NCBI GenBank assembly: GCA_963834905.1
Contig: CAWIDR010000037.1
Span: forward strand, 29,023-93,022
DNA: 64,000 nt
Reading direction: 5' to 3'
DNA from: an uncultured Thermoleophilia bacterium
Lineage (GTDB): Bacteria; Actinomycetota; Thermoleophilia; UBA2241
A program made the position numbers and the translations under genes. The notes beneath the pieces were generated by a model. That model was not told the origin of the DNA. It did not search any database and was given only the letters and a program-made list of their open reading frames with translations. Below, in pieces: positions 57,272 through 64,000 of this stretch. The stretch's first letter is position 1. Every line of letters starts with the position of its first letter.

Positions 57272-58569
57272 CCGGACGGGAGGTCGAGGGGCTGGGCGAG
57301 TTCGAAGGAGAACTCGGCCCACTTGCCGGGTTCGGAGCGCGCCCGGATACGCCCGTTGTGAAGCTGGAGGATCCGCCAGGAAGTGTAGAGACCCACGCCC
57401 GTCCCGCGTTTGTTCGCGCCGCCGGAGGACCGCAGCCGAGAGAACCGCTGGAACAGCCGGCCCCGATCCTCCGGCATGAAGCCCTCGCCCTCGTTCCACA
57501 CCGAGACCTGGAGACGGTCCTGCTCGCGCACGACGCGGAGACGGATCTCACCCTCGGGCTGCCCGTACTTGACGGCGTTGCCCAGGAGGTTGACGAGCAC
57601 GATCCGCAGCAGCGCAGGGTCGCACTCCGCCGTGGCGACGCTCGGCGGCAGGTCCAGAAGCAGGCGCATCTTCGCCTGGTCGATCTGGGCGCGCACGAGG
57701 TCGATGGACGGGGCGACGATCTCCTCCACGACGTCCACGCCGGTGCAGCGCACCAGTTCGAGCCCGCCCCCGTCGATGCGCGCCAGGTCGAGGTAGTCCT
57801 GGACGAGGCCCAGGAGGTACTGGCCCTTGGCGATCACGTGCTCCATCTTCTCCACCTGCTGCGGCTCCAGCGGACCCAGATAGCCGTCCGCGAGCAGTCG
57901 CGTATCGGTCACGAGCGAGGCGATGGGGTTCTTGATCTCATGGCTCACGAACGCGAGCATCTCCAGGTACGCGTGGTTCGCGGCGGTGAGCTGCTCGATG
58001 CGCCAGGCCTTCTCCACCGCCTGGCTCAGGCGCTCCGATATCGCCATCTCCAGCTGGACGTGATGTCCGTCGAACGCTCCCACACGGCACGAATCCCGGA
58101 ACAGGAAGCCGACGACACGACCTTCGACCACCAGGGGGCACGTGAGGCTCGAGCGCACGCCCTCCCTCACCAGCAGCCCCGACGAATGGCTGCTGGGGTG
58201 TTCGCGGGCATGCGCCTCAAGGTCATCGATGATGCGCGGCTCGCCGCACTTGATGACGTGCTCGAGCGAGCCGCCCTTGAGATCGCCGGCGTACCCCTTC
58301 GTCAGGAGCAGCGGCTCGTACTCGGCACGCGCGTAGTGAGCGAAGAGGCGCCGGCCGCTGTCGTCCACGAAAGCCAGGCCGATGCGGTCGCAAGGGATCA
58401 GCGCCCGAGTGCCCTCGAACAGGAAGTCGGCCAGGTCGTTGAGCGACTGTTTCGCGGCGACCTTCTGGTTGATCATGCGTAAGGTCGCGCGCTCGGAGTC
58501 GCTGATGCGCCGGCGAGCCGCGCGCCCGCGAAACGGGTCGAGGTAGCGAAGTGTGGACTGCAGGCTCAC
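57268..58569 (-). CDS. cytoplasmic GAF-domain sensor histidine kinase (HisKA type)
   Basis: GTG 58569 after GGAGGGG. GAF-like region (CDRIGLAFVDDSG...LTCPLVVEGRVVGFLF), H-box FVSHEIKNP and HATPase (NLLGNAVKYG, GTGVGLY). The longer listed ORF start (58809) lies in the low-GC regulatory region. Confidence 0.8.
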   Translation of the reverse strand: MSLQSTLRYLDPFRGRAARRRISDSERATLRMINQKVAAKQSLNDLADFLFEGTRALIPCDRIGLAFVDDSGRRLFAHYARAEYEPLLLTKGYAGDLKGGSLEHVIKCGEPRIIDDLEAHAREHPSSHSSGLLVREGVRSSLTCPLVVEGRVVGFLFRDSCRVGAFDGHHVQLEMAISERLSQAVEKAWRIEQLTAANHAYLEMLAFVSHEIKNPIASLVTDTRLLADGYLGPLEPQQVEKMEHVIAKGQYLLGLVQDYLDLARIDGGGLELVRCTGVDVVEEIVAPSIDLVRAQIDQAKMRLLLDLPPSVATAECDPALLRIVLVNLLGNAVKYGQPEGEIRLRVVREQDRLQVSVWNEGEGFMPEDRGRLFQRFSRLRSSGGANKRGTGVGLYTSWRILQLHNGRIRARSEPGKWAEFSFELAQPLDLPSG

Positions 58570-58620
58570 GGCCGCCCCTCCAGAGGACGACTGCCCCAAG
58601 CAAGATCCCAGGGGCAGCAC

Positions 58621-58636
58621 TAGGATATCCACCCTA
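58621..58636. promoter_or_regulatory. 16-bp operator-like motif copy 1: TAGGATATCCACCCTA
   Basis: Matches copy 2 at 13 of 16 positions, with imperfect inverted arms TAGGAT/ACCCTA. Its right arm doubles as a TAGGGT -10 hexamer for a minus-strand TTGGCA(58654..58659)-17-TAGGGT promoter upstream of the HK-HK-RR operon. Confidence 0.45.
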
Positions 58637-58776
58637 GACGGGAACTCATGTGATGCCAAGCACGATATCCCGCTCGGGCGGGTCTGGCAACACCGCCTGT
58701 GCCTCGAATGGAGCTCCCCGACGACGCGAGACGGGGTCCCGTCGACCCATCGCGAGCCTGAAGCAACACGAGCGTC

Positions 58777-58792
58777 TAGGGTGTCTACCCTA
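58777..58792. promoter_or_regulatory. 16-bp operator-like motif copy 2: TAGGGTGTCTACCCTA (perfect 6-4-6 palindrome)
   Basis: Read directly: TAGGGT and ACCCTA are exact reverse complements around GTCT. Lies in the about 350-bp lower-GC divergent region between the two-component operon and the Hdr/Qmo-like cluster. Confidence 0.5.
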
Positions 58793-58809
58793 TTTGTGCT
58801 CAGATTCAC

Positions 58810-58837
58810 TTGACGCCTTCTAGGGCCTCGCTAGTAT
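58810..58837 (+). promoter_or_regulatory. candidate sigma-A-type promoter of the Hdr/Qmo-like cluster (TTGACG-16-TAGTAT)
   Basis: -35 TTGACG at 58810..58815 and -10 TAGTAT at 58832..58837, about 80 nt upstream of ATG 58917. The -10 sits inside a third, degenerate motif-like element (TAGTATCCACTA, 58832..58843). Confidence 0.4.
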
Positions 58838-58916
58838 CCACTACAGGGTGTTCTGACCGACGACGGGGGCGCTCCACGGGATGGCCCGGGCCGCGCTCGC
58901 GGTGATGGAGGATCTT

Positions 58917-60724
58917 ATGAGGATCGGGGTCTACATCTGCCGGGTGGGTGCGGAGAGCGGCGCCAACCTGGAGTCCGTGGGTCACTACGTGGCGAACCTG
59001 CCGCAGGTGGAGTCGGTGCGGTCGCTCGGCCTCCTGCCGCGGCTCGACCCGGAGGCGCTCGCCGACGAGATCGCCGCCGACCAGCTGGACAGGATCGTCA
59101 TCGCCGGCGACTCACCCGGCTTCTTCAAGCCGGCCTTCACCCGGGCCATGTCCCTGGCCGGGCGCGAGCCGGACGAAGTGCGGCTCGCGTCCTTCCGCGA
59201 GCATGGCGTGAGCGGCGACGGCGCGACGGAGCGCGCCAAGGCGATCGCCGCCTGCGCCGTCTACGGCGTCCCGTTCACGCTGGCGGCGCGGCCGAGCGAC
59301 GCGAAGTGGACCTCGGCCACGCTCGTCATCGGCGGCGGCATCGCCGGCATCCAGGCGGCGCTCGAGATCGCCGATGGCGGCAAGAAAGTGTACCTCGTCG
59401 AGCGCACCGGCACGATCGGCGGCCACATGGCCATGTTCGACAAGACCTTCCCCACCCTCGACTGCGCCGCCTGCATCCTGACGCCCAAGATGGTCGCCGT
59501 CGGGCAGCACCCGATGATCGAGATGCTCACCTACTCCGAGGTCGAGTCCATCAGCGGCGTGCCCGGCTCGTTCCGCGTCACGGTGCTCCGTCATGCGCGG
59601 CGCGTCGACGAGGACGCCTGCGTGGCCTGCAACATCTGCAGCGACGCGTGCCCGGTCAGGGTCCCGAGCGAGTTCGACGCCGGAATCGCCGAGCGCAAGG
59701 CGATCTACATCCCCTTCCCCCAGGCGGTGCCCAACGCGTACCTCGTCGACGAGGCGTCGTGCACGTACGTGCAGACCAACGGGAAGAAGTGCGGCGTCTG
59801 CGCCAAGAAGTGCCCCAAGGAGTGCATCGACCTCGACGCCCGCGGCGACGTGCTGCAACTCGACGTCGGCAGCGTCATCGTCGCCACCGGCTACGAGACG
59901 CTCGACGCCTCGCGGCTCGAGCGCTACGGCTACGGGGTGCAGCCCAACGTGCTCACCGCCCTCGAGTTCGAGCGGCTGACCAACGCATCGGGTCCCACGG
60001 GCGGGCAGGATCGTCACCAAGTCCTTGCGCCACAACAAGCGCAAGAAGATCGACGAGTGGGTGTTCGACCCCGAGGGCGAAGTCGCCGCGCAGCGTCGCG
60101 ATCATCCACTGCGTCGGCTCCCGGGACTCGAACTACAACGCCTACTGTTCGCGCGTGTGCTGCATGTACTCGCTGAAGTTCGCGCACCTGGTGCGTGAGA
60201 AGCTGCCGGACGCCGCGTGCTACGAGTTCTACATCGACATGCGCGCGTTCGGTAAGGGCTACGAGGCGTTCTTCGAGCGCATCCGGGAGGAGGGGACGTT
60301 CATCGTCCGCGGCCGGACGGCGTCGGTGACCGACCATGACGGCCAGATGGTCGTGAAGGGCGAGGACATCCTCAGCGACAGCGTCGTGGAGTTCCCGGTC
60401 GACATGGTCCTGCTCGCCGTCGGGCTCGTGCCGGCGGACCGCTCGGACGAGCTGGCGCGCATGCTCGGCGTGCCGCGGGACGAGGACGGGTGGTTCACCG
60501 AGGCCGACTACAACGGCGATCCCACCGGGACCGAGCGCGGGGGCGTGTACGTCGCCGGCGTGTGCCAGGGCCCGAAGGACATCCCCGACACGGTGGCGCA
60601 GGCGTCCGCGGTGGCAGCCCGGGCGCTCGAGGGCGCCATGACCGGACGCGGGCTCCAGAGTCTCGCGAGCCTGAGTCTCTCCGACATCGAGGCCCGCGCA
60701 AAGAGCCTCGTCCCGGCGCCCTAG
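58917..60724 (+). CDS. HdrA/QmoA-like FAD- and FeS-containing oxidoreductase, copy 1 (frame breaks near 60008 and 60085)
   Basis: ATG 58917 after [41 protein letters not shown], ferredoxin CVACNICSDACP...CGVCAKKCP, FERL, then IIHCVGSRD...[12 protein letters not shown] and GVYVAGVCQGPKDIPDTV in the frame of ORF 59306..60724. The N-terminal about 130-aa domain is Cys-poor. Confidence 0.8.
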
Positions 60725-60733
60725 GAGGTGGCG

Positions 60734-61897
60734 ATGGCGATCAGGGCCAACCCCAAACTGATCGAAGAACTCGAGCCTTACGGGGCCGAGGACGTGATGA
60801 AGTGCTACCACTGCGGCAACTGCTCCGCGGTGTGTCCCTTCTCCGCGGATCCCTACGTCTTCCCTCGCAAGCCGATGCGCTATCTGCAGATGGGCCTCGA
60901 GGAGAAGCTCGAGGGCCAGCTCGACCCCTGGCTCTGCTACTACTGCGGCGAGTGCTCCGACCAGTGCCCGCGCGACGCCGAGCCGGGCGAGACGATGATG
61001 AGCCTGCGGCGGTGGCTCACGGCGCGCTACGACTGGACGGGGATATCGCGCCTGTTCTACCGCTCGTGGCGCTGGGAGCTCGGCGCCATCCTCCTGGTCG
61101 CCGTGCTCACGGCGATCGCTTCACGCTGTTCGGGCTGTCGCAGGGCAGCCTTGCCAGCTACGACGGGCCCAACGCCTTCCTGCCCAGCTCGAGCATCCAC
61201 ATCTTCGACTGGGCGCTCGCCATGGTGCTGCTGGCGTTCCTGCTCAGCAACGCGGCCCGCATGTGGTGGTTCACCATGGGCCGCGACAAGACCTTGCACC
61301 CGAGCGTGGGCAGCTACCTCAGCAGTCTCTGGATGCTGCCCGCCCACTTCATCACGCAGGCGCGCTACAGCCAGTGCGAGCGCAAGCGCCCGTGGCTGAC
61401 CCACCTCGTGCTCATGCTGAGCTACGTGACCATGCTGGTGCTGATCATGTTCTTCCTCGCGGAGATGGCGAGCGGGCCCGCCATCGACTGGCGGGTGCAC
61501 GTGCTCGGCTATCTCGCCACGGCCGGCCTCGTGGTCTCCACGATCCTCTTCCTGCGCAACCGCGTGAAGAAGTCGGCGACCGCAGTACCGGCACTCGCAC
61601 GAGTCCGACTGGATCTTCCTCGTCCTGATCCTGATGGTCGCGCTGACCGGGATCCTGCAGCACATCCTGCACCGCAGCGGTCTCGACGTGGCCGCCAACG
61701 TCACCTACATCGTGCACCTCTCGCTGGTCGTCCCGATGCTCGCCCTCGAGGTGCCCTTCAGCAAGTGGTCGCACCTGGCATACCGCCCGCTGGCCATCTA
61801 CCTCGCGAGGTCAGGGCGACCGCCCTGGCCCGCTCGCACCAGGGCGAGGCGGCGCAGCGCGGCGCCGAACCGGCCACGCCCGCTCCGTGCGGCCTGA
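60734..61897 (+). CDS. QmoC-like fusion: HdrC-type 2x[4Fe-4S] domain + HdrE/DsrM/NarI-type heme-b membrane domain (frame breaks near 61115 and 61580; C-terminus uncertain)
   Basis: ATG 60734 after AGGAGG. CYHCGNCSAVCP and CYYCGECSDQCP. Six predicted TM segments across three frames with conserved His (HIFDW, HLVLML, ILQHILH) and PFSKWSHLAYRP, typical of DsrM/HmeC/QmoC membrane subunits. Confidence 0.7.
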
Positions 61898-61910
61898 GGA
61901 GGTGGGCGCC

Positions 61911-63634
61911 ATGGCTGAGCCGCGAACGGGCGTGTTCATCTGCAACTGCGGCACCAACATCGCCAAGGTGGTCGACTGCGACGCGGTCGCGGAAGCCGCG
62001 TCGTCCATGCCCGGCGTCGTGGTGTCGCGCTCGTACAAGTACATGTGCTCCAACCCGGGGCAGGAGATGATCGCCCAGGACATCGCCGACCACGAGCTCG
62101 AGCGCGTGGTGGTCGCCGCCTGCAGCCCCCGCATGCACGAGCCCACGTTCCGCCGCGCCGCGGAGACGGCGGGCCTCAACCCCTATCTCGTCGAGATGGC
62201 CAACATCCGCGAGCAGTGCAGCTGGGTGCACGACGACGGGGTCGCGGCGACGGAGAAGGCCGAGGACCTGGTGCGCGCGGCCGTCCTGCGCGTCGCGCGC
62301 CACGAGCCGCTGGAGCGCCTCTCCGTCGACATGTGCCCCAACACGCTGGTCATCGGCGGCGGCATCGCCGGGCACCACGGCCGCACTCGAGCTGGCCGAC
62401 GCGGGCAAGCTCGTCTACCTGGTCGAGCGCCAGCCGGGCCTCGGCGGCAACGTCGCCCGCGTCGATCTCACGGCCCCGTACCTGGACTCGGCGCGCGACA
62501 TGCTCACCGACCGGATCACCCGGGTCGTCGAACACCCGGACATCGACGTGATGGTGAACAGCGAGCTCAAGCGCCTGGACGGCTTCGTCGGCAACTTCAA
62601 GGCCACGATCGCCGTCACGGGCCGGACGGCGCCGAGGAGGAGCGGCAGGTCGACGTCGGCAGCGTCATCGTCTGCACCGGCTACCGCGAGTTCGACGCCG
62701 CGCGCGCGACGCACCTCGGATACGGCAAGCTGCCCAACGTCATCACGTCCTTCGAGTTCGAGCGCATGCTCCGGCCGGGACGGATCGAGACCAAGGAGGC
62801 AAGCTGCCGCAGTACGTCGCCGTCATCCACTGCGTCGGCAGCCGCAGCGAGGAGTTCCACGGCTACTGCTCTCGCGTCTGCTGCATGACCGCCCTCAAGT
62901 ACGCGCACGAGGTCAAGTCGGCCCTGCCCGGCAGCTACGTCTCCGACGTCTACGTGGACATGCACGCCTTCGGCAAGGGATGCGAGGACTTCTACCGCCG
63001 CAGCGCCGAGGTCAAGACGCTGTTCCTCATGTACGGCAAGGGCGAGCACCCGGTGGTCAGGCGAGCCGACCCCGGCGACGACTGCGAGATGCTCATCACG
63101 GTCGACGAGCAGCTCTCCGGAGAGACCATCGAACTGCCCGCCGACCTCATCATCCTCATGGTCGGCATGGAGCCGCGCGAGGACGCCGACTCGGTCGCGC
63201 ACCTCGTCAACATCAGCCAGGACAAGGACGGCTGGTTCATCGAGAGCCACCCCAAGCTGGACCCGGTGGCGACCACGACCGACGGCGTCTACATCGCCGG
63301 CGCCTGCCAGGCACCGAAGGACATCCCGGACTCGGTCGCGCAGGCGCGCGCCGCGGCAGGCCGGATCCTCGGCAAGATCTCCAAGGGCAAGCTCGAGATC
63401 GACGCCATGTTCGCCGAGGTCGACGAGGACCGCTGCTCGGGCTGCCGCATGTGCAACGAGATCTGTCCGTACTCCGCCATCGAGTTCGACGCGGTCGAGC
63501 GCCGCAGTCACGTGATCAGCGCGTTGTGCAAAGCGTGCGGCGCCTGCGTCGCCACCTGTCCGTCGGCGGCGATCAAGGCCAGGCACTTCACCGACGAGCA
63601 GATCTTCGCCGAGATAGCGGGGGTGCTGGGATGA
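61911..63634 (+). CDS. HdrA/QmoB-like FAD- and FeS-containing oxidoreductase, copy 2 (frame breaks near 62372, 62620 and 62805)
   Basis: ATG 61911 after GAGGAGG. Cys-rich HdrA N-domain ([10 protein letters not shown]...YKYMCS...[10 protein letters not shown]...REQCSWVH), VIGGGIAG(T)[15 protein letters not shown]...[30 protein letters not shown] and C-terminal ferredoxin [12 protein letters not shown]...[12 protein letters not shown]. Confidence 0.8.
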
Positions 63635-64000
63635 CGTTCGAACCCAAGATCGTCGGCTTTCTGTGCAACTGGTGCTCCTACTCCGGGGCCGACCTCGCCG
63701 GGACCAGTCGCATCCACTACGCGCCCAACGTCCGCGTGATCCGCGTGATGTGCTCGGCGCGCATCGACCCGACCTTCGTCATCAAGGCGCTCGCCGAAGG
63801 AGCCGACGGCGTCCTCGTGTGCGGCTGCCACCCCGGCGACTGCCACTACTCCGAGGGCAACTACAAGACGATGCGGCGGATGCCGCTGCTCAAACGCATG
63901 CTCGCCGACTTCGGCATCGAGGACGAGCGCGTCCGGCTCGAGTGGGTGAGCGCCAGCGAGGGCAAACGCTTCGCCGACATCGTCGACGACATGACCGAGC
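63631..64000 (+). CDS. MvhD-like (methyl-viologen-reducing hydrogenase delta subunit family) FeS protein, 3' end outside window
   Basis: ATG 63631 overlaps the upstream stop (ATGA). [11 protein letters not shown]...[12 protein letters not shown]...[17 protein letters not shown] is the MvhD/FlpD signature. Confidence 0.8.
   Translation, partial: MTFEPKIVGFLCNWCSYSGADLAGTSRIHYAPNVRVIRVMCSARIDPTFVIKALAEGADGVLVCGCHPGDCHYSEGNYKTMRRMPLLKRMLADFGIEDERVRLEWVSASEGKRFADIVDDMTE

Noticed and set aside
55548-57551. 667-aa ORF suggesting a huge response-regulator fusion.
   Set aside because: The real regulator is only the C-terminal 226 aa (start ATG 56228, ATGA-coupled). The upstream part is out-of-frame sequence of the histidine kinase gene.
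1-64000. Search for rRNA, tRNA, CRISPR arrays, IS elements, integrases and prophage genes.
   Set aside because: - No cloverleaf-like or rRNA-like AT-richer islands were seen.
- There are no regularly spaced direct repeats.
- There are no transposase, integrase or phage-structural motifs in any frame.
- Intergenic regions are mostly under 150 bp.
1-64000. Interpreting the many frameshifts as genuine genome decay (pseudogenes).
   Set aside because: - The breaks hit core genes (cysK, hom-like, fprA, hdrA) while leaving protein-level conservation intact on both sides.
- No premature in-frame stops or deletions accompany them.
- Intergenic regions remain short.
- Several breaks share GATCG or homopolymer contexts.

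Sequencing or consensus error is the simpler explanation, but it cannot be proven from the sequence alone.

Overview
Very GC-rich, gene-dense chromosomal segment with strong GC3 bias. From its protein-family content it is most likely Actinomycetota, which is an inference only. I can support about 56 protein-coding genes. I found no rRNA, tRNA, CRISPR array, transposase or integrase. The six-frame track is dominated by long GC shadow ORFs, so genes were called from family motifs, SD/start context and stop-start coupling (12 ATGA/GTGA/TTGA overlaps).

Content, left to right:
- nadA and a class II DAHP synthase.
- A sulfur module: Rrf2 regulator, cysK, a ThiS/MoaD-like GG carrier and DoxX.
- An envelope glycosylation cluster: GT2, a GT-C and a DUF2064::radical-SAM/SPASM fusion.
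- A Zn-ADH.
- A LolA-like protein with an ABC exporter.
- Two tandem MA-type HExxH peptidase paralogs.
- capA, pfkB and lgt.
- A BNR_4-like protein and a Usp.
- A HAD-like::GH65 phosphorylase.
- A coupled operon of csd-like, homoserine-dehydrogenase-like, anchored propeller and DUF5658 genes.
- A class-III aminotransferase.
- Four EamA/DMT exporters interspersed with an MBL hydrolase and fprA.
- An accessory-looking block: a zinc-ribbon/cyclase/AAA/TPR STAND protein, a GYD protein with a B12-radical-SAM RiPP-type maturase, a small TIR/NDT-like protein, a TIGR00300 enzyme and an orphan anchored SBP.
- A Ycf48-like lipoprotein, an ABM and an M20 peptidase, a cupin, a secreted PKD protein and an MFS transporter.
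- An HK-HK-RR operon lying divergent from a Qmo/Hdr-like redox cluster that runs off the right edge.

Major caveat: about 40-45 single-nucleotide frame breaks interrupt otherwise well-conserved genes. Many CDS coordinates below are therefore conceptual joins across frames, not literal ORFs.

Most interesting candidates:
- The two-gene GYD + B12-rSAM operon.
- The DUF2064::rSAM-SPASM glycosylation cluster.
- The Qmo-like cluster with its repeated 16-bp operator.
- The perfect 25-bp palindrome at the Rrf2 promoter.
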